Notes under the pieces: model-generated
The model's input: the letters and a program-made list of their open reading frames with translations, nothing else
Databases searched by the model: none
What the model was told of the DNA's origin: nothing
Part shown: positions 28,800 to 38,359 of the stretch, in pieces
Numbering within the stretch: the stretch's first letter is position 1
How the letters are laid out: each line of letters opens with the position of its first letter
Assembly (NCBI GenBank): GCA_963841435.1
Contig: CAWJCS010000003.1
Span: 1,088,001-1,152,000, forward strand
DNA from: an uncultured delta proteobacterium
GTDB lineage: Bacteria; Myxococcota_A; Polyangia; Polyangiales; Polyangiaceae
Length of the DNA: 64,000 nucleotides
Direction of reading: 5' to 3'
Position numbers and translations under genes: made by a program

Positions 28800-29618
28800 A
28801 TGAAAGCAGCGCGCCTCCTTCGCCATTTCATGCTGGTCGCCCTGGGCGTCGGCGCGCCGTCCTGCTTCACGGACAACCCGGCGTCTTATCGGGGCATTTT
28901 AGGGCCCGAGAGGAAGCCGACCGAGGGGCCTTCTTTGCCCTCGGGCGGCGCCGGCACCGGCGGGACCGCGGGCGCCACGGCGGGAGGCCCCGCGGCGGGC
29001 GCCGGCGGAGCATCCGCGGGCAGTGCGGGAACGAGCGAAGCAGGAGAGGCAGGCGCCGGCGAGGGCGGCAACGGCGCGACGGCCGCAACCGGTGGCAAGG
29101 GCGGCAGCAGTGGAGCGAGTGGAACCGGTGTGACGGCCGGAACCGGGGCCACCGAAGAGAATCCTCCCATCGATCCGAACTTCTCCCCGGCTTGCTTCAT
29201 GGGCCCGACCGAAGCCGGCGAGGAGATCAAGAAGGGCACTCCCTGCACCTCCGCGGATCCACCCGTGTGCTACCGCCCGTGCGGGCCCAATCAAACGGGG
29301 TGGAAGGCGGAGACCTGTCTCGCCGGCGTGTATGCCGAAGGTGACTGCACGTTCCCACCCGAGAAGGATTACGGCTGCTATGCGATCCCCAACGTCATCG
29401 ACGAGAGCGCGTGCGGGGTCGATGCTGCCCCCGCCGCGACCGACGAGTGCAACGCGCCGTTGTGCATGACCTGCAACTTCGGCGGCTTCTACCAGGACAG
29501 CGGCTCCAACGCGAAGGAGGGGTATTGCACCTGCAGGGAGCCCGACAAGGAAGGCGTGCGTCGCTGGACGTGCGCCAGCACCACCGCGTGGCCCTGCCCC
29601 TTCAACCAAGGCTGTTGA
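28800..29618 (+). CDS. Lipoprotein consisting of a Gly/Ala linker and a Cys-rich C-terminal module, with no recognisable catalytic domain
   Basis: Signal ending GAPSC; the C-terminal 140 aa are Cys-rich and align by eye to the PL3 C-terminus. Confidence 0.7.
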   Translation: MKAARLLRHFMLVALGVGAPSCFTDNPASYRGILGPERKPTEGPSLPSGGAGTGGTAGATAGGPAAGAGGASAGSAGTSEAGEAGAGEGGNGATAATGGKGGSSGASGTGVTAGTGATEENPPIDPNFSPACFMGPTEAGEEIKKGTPCTSADPPVCYRPCGPNQTGWKAETCLAGVYAEGDCTFPPEKDYGCYAIPNVIDESACGVDAAPAATDECNAPLCMTCNFGGFYQDSGSNAKEGYCTCREPDKEGVRRWTCASTTAWPCPFNQGC

Positions 29619-31225
29619 TGTTGCGCTTCCTACTCATTGCCCTCATCGGCACCCTTTCGCTCGTCGGCTGTGGCGGACTGCAAAACGACCCCGCGGGCTA
29701 CGAGTACGTGTGTGACACGAGCCAGGAGGCCGCCTTCGACTACTCGGGCGGGCTGGTTCACTGCGGTGAGGGCGATCCGAATCTGCCGCCCGAGCCAACG
29801 CTCCCCACCGATGTGTGCCGCACGCTCGTGGCGAACAAGTCAACTCCCGACGAGAGCGACCTCGATACGGCCCGCGTGCAGGCTGCGCTCGACGCGTGCA
29901 GGGGCAGGGCCGTCAAGCTGGTCGCGAACGGTGCGAACAACGCCTTCATCACCTCGCACATCGAGATCGACAGCGTCGTCTTGTGGGTCGACGAGGGAGT
30001 CTGGCTCTACGCCTCGCGCAATCCCGACCTCTACCAGGAATCGGGCAACTGCGGAAAGCCTGGGCTCACCGACTCCGGTGCTTGCCTCGACTTCATCCAG
30101 GTGCGCGGCACGAGCCCCGGCATCGTCGGTAGTGGCCACATCGACGGCCAGGGCGGAGAGCCCCTCGTCGGTCAAGACTACTCCTGGTGGCAGCTCTCGG
30201 GGGCGCTAAGAGGCATCAACGGCAGCATCGGCAATCCTCAGCTCATCAACCTCGAGCGCGGCGTCACGGGATTCGTGCTGTACGGCGTCCACCTGCACGA
30301 CGCCGCGAAGTTCCACGTCAAGATCACCGCCGCACCCGAAGACGGCATCTGCGACGTCCCCGGCAAGGGCTACACCATCTGGGGCATCACCATCCTCACG
30401 CCCCGCAAGCTCTACAACAGCCAGGGGATCCTGATGACGCCGCACTTTGCACGCAACACGGACGGAATCGATCCGGGCACGACCAACTCCGCCACGTGCG
30501 GCGTCATCGCCTGCAACACCGTGAGCACGGCCGATGACCAGATCGCCATCAAGGGCGGCCACCTGGTCAAGGATCTGATCATCGCCCACAACCATTTCGG
30601 CACCGGCCACGGCCTGTCGATCGGCAGCGAAACGTACGGCCAGACCATCAACACCGAGGGGGAGGTGGAGCGCGGAATACAGAACGTCTTGGCCTACGAC
30701 ATCACCATCGATGCCGATTCTCGCAGCGTGGGCTACGACGCCACGGACGCGGACTTCAACGGCATTCGCATCAAGAGCGACATCAGCCGCGGCGGGTTGG
30801 TCGAGAACATCGTGTATCGCGACATCTGTATGCGAGACATGAACAACCCCTTGCTGATCAGCACGGCCTACAACCCCCTGTACGCCGGCGATCTGTTCCC
30901 CCAGTTCGGGTCGGTGACGTTCCAGGACGTGCGCCACGTCACGTGCATGAATACCAAACCCCTCGCGGTCAGCATGGAGGGACACAGCACGGTGCGCCGC
31001 GCGGGGCCCATCATCCTCGACAACGTGGTCATCGACAACATCGGCCCCCCGAACGTGTACTCGGAGTACGCCGACATCGTGATCGGGCCCGGTGGCGCCA
31101 ACTTCCGCCCCGCCGGCCCGGACGTGAACGTGACGGACAACAGCAGCGGGACGAGCACTCCCAAGCAGTGCGTCTTTCCGAAGCTGCCCGCCCCCGAGCT
31201 CCCGGAAGGCTGGCTCAGGGAGTGA
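29618..31225 (+). CDS. Glycoside hydrolase family 28 polygalacturonase lipoprotein
   Basis: Lipobox LVGC; all four GH28 motifs present: NTDG, ADD, GHG, RIK. Confidence 0.92.
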   Translation: MLRFLLIALIGTLSLVGCGGLQNDPAGYEYVCDTSQEAAFDYSGGLVHCGEGDPNLPPEPTLPTDVCRTLVANKSTPDESDLDTARVQAALDACRGRAVKLVANGANNAFITSHIEIDSVVLWVDEGVWLYASRNPDLYQESGNCGKPGLTDSGACLDFIQVRGTSPGIVGSGHIDGQGGEPLVGQDYSWWQLSGALRGINGSIGNPQLINLERGVTGFVLYGVHLHDAAKFHVKITAAPEDGICDVPGKGYTIWGITILTPRKLYNSQGILMTPHFARNTDGIDPGTTNSATCGVIACNTVSTADDQIAIKGGHLVKDLIIAHNHFGTGHGLSIGSETYGQTINTEGEVERGIQNVLAYDITIDADSRSVGYDATDADFNGIRIKSDISRGGLVENIVYRDICMRDMNNPLLISTAYNPLYAGDLFPQFGSVTFQDVRHVTCMNTKPLAVSMEGHSTVRRAGPIILDNVVIDNIGPPNVYSEYADIVIGPGGANFRPAGPDVNVTDNSSGTSTPKQCVFPKLPAPELPEGWLRE

Positions 31226-32130
31226 TGATGACCAAGCGACGGTCCGGAAGAACCCTCGTGCATGGGCCCAGGCGTGCACTCTGCTGGGCGCTCGTGTGCG
31301 CCGCATCGCTCGTTGGCTCCGCCGCTTGCTGGTCGGATCCCGCAGCGCTCGACGGAACCTGCGAGGTCCTCCCCCCCTCGGTCCTCGACTGCCGCGTCGC
31401 GGGTTACGACGATGCGCTCCAGCCGGCCGGCCTCGTGGCGTATGGGTGCACCGGCTCGGCGCGACCGGACCTCGGCGCGACCATCTCGGAGGGAGTCCCG
31501 TCGGGCGTCTTGTGCGCCGACAAGGGCCCCATCGAAGGCTCCGACGAGCAGACGTATTGCTGCACCGAGAACGTCGTCCCCTGCGCCTACAATCCCGCCG
31601 AGGAGTGCGAGCAAGGCACCGTCGGCTACGAGTGCTGGGGCAACAACCGGCCCGAATCGCTGAATCCCGCGATCTCGTGCGGCAACGGCACCAGCGAGCG
31701 CGGTCTCGATCACTACTGCTGCACCGGACGGCCGGAGCCGTCTCCCTGCAAGGAGTCGACCGCGGTCGGCTGCGGGGATCGGTTGCTCGGCTTTCTGTGC
31801 GAGGGTGACGGGCTGCCGCGAGGGGAAGACTGGGGCGCCAACAAGAGCCGGGCGGACACCTTCTATCCGATTTGCAGCATCGCAAGGCCGGCTCCGAACC
31901 CCGCTTTCAACAGCTACTGCTGCTACGTGAGCCTGCCCGTACCGGCCGGCGGGACTTGTGAACGCAGCCCCAACGTACCGGGCTGTGCGCCGGGTCGCTT
32001 CGGCTTTGCCTGTTACGGACCGGACACGCCCGAAGACGACTTCCCGCCCATCGTCTGCCCGGACGCCGGGTCTCCGGGCAGGAGCGCAGAAGGCTACGAA
32101 GCCACCCTGTACTGCTGCGACTTTACCTGA
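31225..32130 (+). CDS. Cys-rich lipoprotein with four internal repeats ending in YCC
   Basis: GSAAC lipobox-like site; repeats ending QTYCC, DHYCC, NSYCC and TLYCC; TGATG coupling to the GH28 gene. Confidence 0.7.
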   Translation: MMTKRRSGRTLVHGPRRALCWALVCAASLVGSAACWSDPAALDGTCEVLPPSVLDCRVAGYDDALQPAGLVAYGCTGSARPDLGATISEGVPSGVLCADKGPIEGSDEQTYCCTENVVPCAYNPAEECEQGTVGYECWGNNRPESLNPAISCGNGTSERGLDHYCCTGRPEPSPCKESTAVGCGDRLLGFLCEGDGLPRGEDWGANKSRADTFYPICSIARPAPNPAFNSYCCYVSLPVPAGGTCERSPNVPGCAPGRFGFACYGPDTPEDDFPPIVCPDAGSPGRSAEGYEATLYCCDFT

Positions 32131-32194
32131 CGGGTCCAACTCACCACGAGCTTCTTGCTGTCGAGCATCTGCCAACCACTGACGAAAGATCGCC

Positions 32195-33775
32195 GTGACT
32201 CGTACGTTCTTCCTAGTCAAAAGTTCACTCTCCGCCGCACTCGCCATCGTGGCATTGTCGAGCCTCGGTCTCGCTCAAGAGCCAGCTCGAGAGCCCGCAG
32301 AGTCAACGCCACCGTCGGATCCTTTCGGTCCCGCGGAGCCGGCAGAGCCACAGCGCGAGCCCGCACCCGCCGACCAAGCCGTGGAACCGACGGCAGCGGA
32401 GCCATCGGACGGCCCCGCCTCACCCGCCGAGCCGGCGCCGCCGCCAGCCCTCACGCCGCGGCCGACGCGAGCCGCGGAAACGCCCGCCGTCGAGGCTCCG
32501 AGGTCTTGGTTCTACCGAGATCCGATCTCCTTCAAGCTCGGCAAGCGAGTCACGCTCACCTGGTACGGCGAGGTTCAGGCGAACCTCATCTACGACACCA
32601 CGCGTAGCTACGGCGACACCATCGGCTCCAGCCTGGTCGCGCGCGAAGACACGTACGAGGGCACCGTGGGCCGCTTTCAGGCTTCCTCTCGCGGCAGCCG
32701 TTTCGGCATGGCCGTCGGGGCGACGCCCATCGCGGGCGTGACGCCTTTGGCCGTGCTGGAGGCAGACTTCTCGGGCGACCAGCCGACCTCCAACGTCGGA
32801 TCGTCCGAACGCTCGTACTACGACAGCCCGACGCTCCGCCTGCGCCACGCGTACCTCAGCCTCGAGAACGACGCCGTCAACGTGCTCTTCGGACAGACCG
32901 ACGACGTGTTCGGCTGGCAAAACACCCCGAGCTCGACCTTCCGTCACACGCAATTTCGACTCTCACGCTCGTTCCTCGCGTCGGCACCCGTGGGCATCGA
33001 CGCGGCCGCGGCCGTGCTGCGCCCCGCGCAGCGTGATTCCCGACTGCCGGACGCCCAAGCGGGACTCAGGTTCACCGTCAACGGGTGGAAGGGCATTTAC
33101 ACGCGGGACGGCATTCCCAGCGCGCGCAAGCTATCGCTCGGCGTGTCCGGCGTCGCGAGGCAGTTCGACGCCGACGCCTTCACGCCACCGCCGACTCAAA
33201 CCTCGAACAAGGTGATCGGGTGGGGCCTCTCCATCGACGCCATGCTGCCGGTGATTCCCGCCCGCGACGAATACGACCGGAGCAACGCCCTCACGATCGC
33301 CGGTTCGTACGTGATGGGCACCGGCACCGGTGATCTGCTGCGCGTCGATGGCGGCGCGAAGTTCCCGCCGCTGCCGAACCCTGCGCGCGCATCCCCTCCC
33401 CCGCAGTACGATGCCAACGTCAACGAAGGCCTCGTCACCTTCGACCGGCTCGGCGTGCTCAACACGATCGACTGGGAGGGCTTCCGCGTCGATGCACAAT
33501 ACTATCTACCGCCGAGCGGACGCGTGAGGCTCGCGGCGATCTTCACCCAGGCCCATTCGAAGAACATGTCCGACCTCTACCCCCAGGGCGGCGAGGAAAT
33601 CGAGCTTTTGACCCACGTGGCGGACCGCGTCCGTTACATCGAGGGCAACGTGTTCTGGGACGTGACGCCCGAGGTGCGCCTCGGGGCGGCCGGGATCTAC
33701 ACGACCGTGAGGTACCTCGACGACGAGCGACCTCAGAACATCCGCGCGAAATTCACCGGGCACTACTTCTTCTAG
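32195..33775 (+). CDS. Outer-membrane porin (DcaP-like)
   Basis: Signal peptide, Pro-rich N-terminus, SRFG, LEADF, RLRHAY, LFGQT, beta-strand pattern and terminal Phe (HYFF). Confidence 0.65.
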   Translation: MTRTFFLVKSSLSAALAIVALSSLGLAQEPAREPAESTPPSDPFGPAEPAEPQREPAPADQAVEPTAAEPSDGPASPAEPAPPPALTPRPTRAAETPAVEAPRSWFYRDPISFKLGKRVTLTWYGEVQANLIYDTTRSYGDTIGSSLVAREDTYEGTVGRFQASSRGSRFGMAVGATPIAGVTPLAVLEADFSGDQPTSNVGSSERSYYDSPTLRLRHAYLSLENDAVNVLFGQTDDVFGWQNTPSSTFRHTQFRLSRSFLASAPVGIDAAAAVLRPAQRDSRLPDAQAGLRFTVNGWKGIYTRDGIPSARKLSLGVSGVARQFDADAFTPPPTQTSNKVIGWGLSIDAMLPVIPARDEYDRSNALTIAGSYVMGTGTGDLLRVDGGAKFPPLPNPARASPPPQYDANVNEGLVTFDRLGVLNTIDWEGFRVDAQYYLPPSGRVRLAAIFTQAHSKNMSDLYPQGGEEIELLTHVADRVRYIEGNVFWDVTPEVRLGAAGIYTTVRYLDDERPQNIRAKFTGHYFF

Positions 33776-33799
33776 CCGACGCCCGAAAGGGCCACACCG

Positions 33800-35257
33800 C
33801 TACGCCAGAAGCTCGGTGATCTCGCGGGGGGCGTAGCGGTAGCGCGGGTGGCGGCCGGAGCCCATGCCGGACGAGAGCTGGTACGGCTTGAGGATGGTGT
33901 CGTAGAGGTCGACGACGTTGTAGACCTTGTCGTAAAAGCCGGGGCGGAAGTGGCCGTTGCCCCCCGCTACGGCGTGAAAGACGCCCTCCGGAATGTGACC
34001 GGTCGAGGTGCCGCCGCCCCCGTAGTCGGTGCCGACGATCACCAGCGTGTTGTCGAGCAGGGTCTTGCCGTTCGATTCGAGATAGTTCGGATCGTCGAAC
34101 GAGAGCAGCGCGCTCGCAAGGCTCGTCTGACAGTAGTGCGCGTGCAGGCGGCACTTGTCCCAGCGATTGTTATGAAAATAGGCGTCGTGCGGGCTCGTGC
34201 CCGGCAGGTCCTGCGTGAAATTCACGCTCTGCCCGAGCGCGTTGTACGTGCCGCGCAGGCCGACGTGGCCGCCCGCGCCGACGAACAGCATACTGCCGAA
34301 GCGCAGCACGTCGCAGCGCAGGGCGAGCGCCATCAGCTCGCCCTGAAGCTGGAAGGCGGCCGAGAAATCCTCGTGCTTGATGATGGGCGCGCTGCCGCCC
34401 GAGCCACCCTGGGCAAGATCATAGGGAACGTCGGTTCCGGGGTCCATGACGCTGGTCGGCAGCTTGCAGTTCGCGGACTCCTGCGCGACCGCATCATCGA
34501 CGGCGCTCTCGACGGGCGCCAGCCGCTTCTCGACGTTGCGGATGTTGTCGAGGTGCACGGAGAGCTTGGCTTTCGACTCGGCACCGAGCGGGGAGGCGTC
34601 GCCCGTGTAGTGCTCGTACTCGCCCACGACGGCATCGAGGACGCTCCGCTTCAGGTGACGCTCCGTCACGGCCGCGGGATCTTCGGTGCCGCCCGGGGTG
34701 CCCGGGGTGGTGAAGCCCCCGAACAGCTGCTCGAAGATGCGGGTGGGGCTTCGCTCGGGGCGCTCGCCCGGGCTGCCATCCTGGTTCCAGTGGCGCGTGT
34801 ACTGCGAGACGGAGCCCGTGCGAAACCACATGCCGACGGACTTCGAACCGATCAACGTGGGGACGCCCTGCGGATGGAGCTGCTTTTTCACGAGCTGCTC
34901 GAGGGAAGGTCCAGAAGCTTCGTACTCGCGCTTCTGCGGATCGCCGACGAACACGACGTCACCCACCTTGAAGTGCGGCTCACCGGAGCCGAAATCGTGA
35001 GCTTGCTTGACCTCCAGGTTGGTGAAGAACGCCATCTTGCTTGCGAGCGGCTTGTAGGGCTCGAGCGGCCCGGCAAACTGCTTCGTCGACTCGTCGTGCG
35101 CGACGCCGAGACCGAAGAACAGGGTGATGAGGCGCATGGGAGGCTCGGCCGCCTGGGCACGCGCGGCTCGCGGCCGCATCTCTTCGAGGAAGGGCATCCC
35201 GATGAGCACGCCGCCCGTGCCGTGCAAGAACGTGCGACGCGAGAGAATCTTCCTCAT
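33800..35257 (-). CDS. DUF1552 family protein with a Tat signal
   Basis: SRRTFLHGTGG..MPFLE, SVLDAV, KLSVHLDNIR.VEKR, ALRCD, TLLDNTLV. Confidence 0.82.
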   Translation of the reverse strand: MRKILSRRTFLHGTGGVLIGMPFLEEMRPRAARAQAAEPPMRLITLFFGLGVAHDESTKQFAGPLEPYKPLASKMAFFTNLEVKQAHDFGSGEPHFKVGDVVFVGDPQKREYEASGPSLEQLVKKQLHPQGVPTLIGSKSVGMWFRTGSVSQYTRHWNQDGSPGERPERSPTRIFEQLFGGFTTPGTPGGTEDPAAVTERHLKRSVLDAVVGEYEHYTGDASPLGAESKAKLSVHLDNIRNVEKRLAPVESAVDDAVAQESANCKLPTSVMDPGTDVPYDLAQGGSGGSAPIIKHEDFSAAFQLQGELMALALRCDVLRFGSMLFVGAGGHVGLRGTYNALGQSVNFTQDLPGTSPHDAYFHNNRWDKCRLHAHYCQTSLASALLSFDDPNYLESNGKTLLDNTLVIVGTDYGGGGTSTGHIPEGVFHAVAGGNGHFRPGFYDKVYNVVDLYDTILKPYQLSSGMGSGRHPRYRYAPREITELLA

Positions 35258-37053
35258 GGCTGGGTCCCCGCGGGCTCCGTCAGGATGGTTCGGAAGAGCG
35301 GGCTCTCTGCCACGGCAGAGACCATCGCCGACAGCGTGCTGCCGTTCGCGAGGTACCGCTGGCCGACGCCCTCGGCCTGGAGCCGCGCCAGCTCGTCGCT
35401 GCTGCGCGCGGTGGCGAAGGCGATGAAATGCTCGGTCATGCAGGTCTGCACGACCGGATTGGTTGCCAGAATTCGCATGTAGCTTGCCACGTCGGTGTAC
35501 TGCGGCTCGTCGGACTCACCGGTCGGCACCCAGCCGTCGAGCGGCAGCGGCTTACCGTCCATATCCGTCTCGCCGACATAGCGTCCCGCGCCGTCGAAAC
35601 GCGAGAACCCGAAAGCGAGCGGCTCGAACTGACTGTGACAACCCCAGCATTGGCTGCGCGATCTGCGAATCGCCGAGCGCTCGTGCTCGTTGAGGCCAGT
35701 CGTATCGGCGTTGAAAGCCTCGATGTCGGCCGCGAGGTCGACCGGTACCGCGACCGGGTTCTGACACAAGAGGCGCTCCATCAGGTATTTGCCACGATTG
35801 ACGAACGAGCCCGTCTCGCGGTCACCCATGCCGGCGATGATCCCCGGGTGGGACATCAGCCCGATGCGCTGCGGCAGCCCGGCTACGTCAACGACCTGCA
35901 GACCCGGGCCGGTGGCGCCGAGGCCGAGCAGCTGAGCGACGGTCGAGTTGACGACGAAACGGGTGGTCGTGAAAAGGTCCGCGATGCTGCCGTGCTGGGT
36001 CCAGAAGTGATCCTGGAACGTGGCGATGATGGATTCGTTCAGCGCGGTTCGATCCGCGTCGGTTGCGCCCTCGAAGGAGGCGAAGCGCGCACGACTGAAG
36101 TCGGCCGCAAACCCCTCCGTGAAGCGCTGTGCCTTCGGGTCGGCGAGCATGCGCGCGACTTGAGCGTCGAGGATCTCGGGCCGGACCAGGCTCTGGTCCG
36201 CCGCCGCAGCCAGGAGCGCGTCGTCCGGAACGCTCAGCCAGAGGAACGACGACAATCGCGTCGCAAGCTCGTAGCCGTCCAGGTCGCGCTGCTGGCCGGA
36301 CACGCCCACGGTCTCGCGCTCCATGCGGAACAGGAACTGTGGCACCTGCATGAGCGCCTGGAGGGTCCAGCGGGTGGCCTCCACGAAGTCGAGCTGCTCG
36401 CCGAGCGCGGCGGTGTAAACCGCGAGCATCGCGTCAACCTCGCGCTGCTCGAGAGGTCGACGGAACAGCCGCCGTCCGACGGCCTGGACGATGGCCGTGC
36501 CGCAGGCCGCCGTCGGCTCGGTGCAGGTTCCGAGGCGCTCGGCGAGCGCAGCGATGTCCACGCGTTTGGCAGCAGCTTCTGCGACCTGAAAGTACGCGAG
36601 CGCGTGTTGCTCGACGCTCGTCTGCTTGTCAGCGACGTGCTTGAAAACGCCGTCGCCGGTGTCGTCCGGAATACCACCCGCGGCGGCGTCGAGCTCCGTG
36701 GGCAGCAAGCTCACGCCCAGCGCGTCGAGGACGCTGTTCTGATACTCGACCTTGCTCAGGCGCGCAGCGAGACCAACGCGACTGAACACCACGGGCGCAC
36801 TCGACGTTCCGGCGCTCGCCGGTGCGCCTGCAGACGAGGGAATACCCGCCATTCCGCCGCTCGCCGCGGGAGTCCCGCCCGCAGCGACACCGCCCGCAGC
36901 GACACCACCGCCGACCGACCCGCCCGTTTGGCCGGCGCTACCACCGCTTTGCATGGCCTCCGTTCCCGACGGACCCAACACGTTCCCCGTGCAGGCAGCA
37001 ACGACGGCCCCCGCCAGGATGATCGCCGCTTTGGATGCTCGATGATGGGTCAC
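35254..37053 (-). CDS. DUF1592/DUF1588/DUF1595-type lipoprotein with a CxxCH motif
   Basis: Lipobox VAAC; RLSKVEYQNSV.D, RLFRRPL, YELATRLSSFLW.SVPD, RG..LMERLLC, CWGCH, GFSRFDGAGRY. Confidence 0.85.
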   Translation of the reverse strand: MTHHRASKAAIILAGAVVAACTGNVLGPSGTEAMQSGGSAGQTGGSVGGGVAAGGVAAGGTPAASGGMAGIPSSAGAPASAGTSSAPVVFSRVGLAARLSKVEYQNSVLDALGVSLLPTELDAAAGGIPDDTGDGVFKHVADKQTSVEQHALAYFQVAEAAAKRVDIAALAERLGTCTEPTAACGTAIVQAVGRRLFRRPLEQREVDAMLAVYTAALGEQLDFVEATRWTLQALMQVPQFLFRMERETVGVSGQQRDLDGYELATRLSSFLWLSVPDDALLAAAADQSLVRPEILDAQVARMLADPKAQRFTEGFAADFSRARFASFEGATDADRTALNESIIATFQDHFWTQHGSIADLFTTTRFVVNSTVAQLLGLGATGPGLQVVDVAGLPQRIGLMSHPGIIAGMGDRETGSFVNRGKYLMERLLCQNPVAVPVDLAADIEAFNADTTGLNEHERSAIRRSRSQCWGCHSQFEPLAFGFSRFDGAGRYVGETDMDGKPLPLDGWVPTGESDEPQYTDVASYMRILATNPVVQTCMTEHFIAFATARSSDELARLQAEGVGQRYLANGSTLSAMVSAVAESPLFRTILTEPAGTQP

Positions 37054-37398
37054 GCTAATTGTCCCGCCAGCTCGGGACCATTGTCGGGACTCGCCGCTCG
37101 AATGTACAGTCCCGAGATCCTCAATTCGACTTACGACTGATATGCGATCTCTCGCTACGCGTTTGCACTCGCTGCGCTCGAACGCTGGCTACTTTCGTAC
37201 GCTCGTGGTCTCTCCGACCGCGCGCCACTCTTGAGAGTTGAGTCGACCCGGAAAAGGCACGACGGAAAATCCAAGTATGGAAAGATCGCGGCACCGATTC
37301 CGAATTCGCAACGACGCAGACAGAGCGCGTTCGGCCGAACGAGATGAAGGTCGCCTCTTCTCGAGCTCCGACCCGGGACGAGCCCCCGCGAGCGCGAC

Positions 37399-38238
37399 TC
37401 AGCCAGAAATTCGCTCGAACGTCACGGCCCCCGCCACGACGCGCACGTCCGCGCCGCCCTCGAGCGCACCCGAAAAGGAGACACCGCTCAGACTGCCGGG
37501 CCAAGCGCTGGCGGGCAGATTCACGAGCAGGACGAGGCCACTCCCGTCCGTTGCGGTCGCCGTGTCACTGAACGTTCCGCTCGCGCCGTACACGACCACC
37601 TCCGCGCTCGGGTCGAGCACGCTCACACCCGCGAGTGGAGCGCCCTGCGCATTCGTCACCTTGAGCACCGCCGACGCGCGCTCCGGGTTGCGCGCCGTCG
37701 GCACCGTCAGCAAGTTGAGGATGATGTCGATCAAGTCCGACTCCACGAGCGTGAAGTCCACGCCGACGCTTCCGTTCTCGTCGGGCTGGGTGGTGTCAAC
37801 CGGGCCGAGCGTCGGCAACGCGATCGAGCCCTGGGGCGGCACGGCGAGCACCCACACTTCCTTGGCCGACAGGACTTGCTCGAGAACGTAGGGGCCGACG
37901 CCGTCGTACCTGGTGGTGACGACAACGCCGGCCTGCCCCTCGGCGCTGATGGTCGTGCCCGGGTCAGTGAGCTTGAGCGCGCTCTGGAAGTCGAAATCGT
38001 TGACCACGAGCAGGTCGCCTTCCAGGGTGACGCCCTCGCCCGCGTTGGCGCCGAGCCCCGCCTCACCGCCGCCGGTGCCCGCGCTGCCACCACTGCCAGG
38101 CAGCCCGACACCGCCGCCGGTCTGGACCCCGCAGCCGACGCACGTCACAGGCGCGCGCTCCGCCGGCTGCGAGCACGCGGGGAGCGCAGCCAACAGCAGC
38201 ACGAGCCATTCTGAAGCGGTCAAGTCCCGTTTGCTCAT
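37399..38238 (-). CDS. Hypothetical lipoprotein with carboxypeptidase-regulatory-like beta-sandwich segments
   Basis: LPAC lipobox, Gly linker, GAPLAGVSV, ATDGSGLVLLVNLP. Confidence 0.55.
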   Translation of the reverse strand: MSKRDLTASEWLVLLLAALPACSQPAERAPVTCVGCGVQTGGGVGLPGSGGSAGTGGGEAGLGANAGEGVTLEGDLLVVNDFDFQSALKLTDPGTTISAEGQAGVVVTTRYDGVGPYVLEQVLSAKEVWVLAVPPQGSIALPTLGPVDTTQPDENGSVGVDFTLVESDLIDIILNLLTVPTARNPERASAVLKVTNAQGAPLAGVSVLDPSAEVVVYGASGTFSDTATATDGSGLVLLVNLPASAWPGSLSGVSFSGALEGGADVRVVAGAVTFERISG

Positions 38239-38359
38239 CTGGGGCGCCTTTTCCCTCCCAGCGTACGGCGAGCCGGCCACCGGTCGCAAGAAACGTGGAG
38301 GCGCGGGGCCGTTCGCCGCCGTGCTTGCCCGTCCGCGCTGACCCGTTCGGCGTGCCATG

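Noticed and set aside
851-37140. Many long overlapping or antisense ORFs (e.g. 851..2821, 9315..11228, 30206..31885, 33848..35482, 35428..37140)
   Set aside because: These are shadow frames expected in high-GC DNA, Arg/Pro/Ala-rich or antisense to genes with clear motifs.
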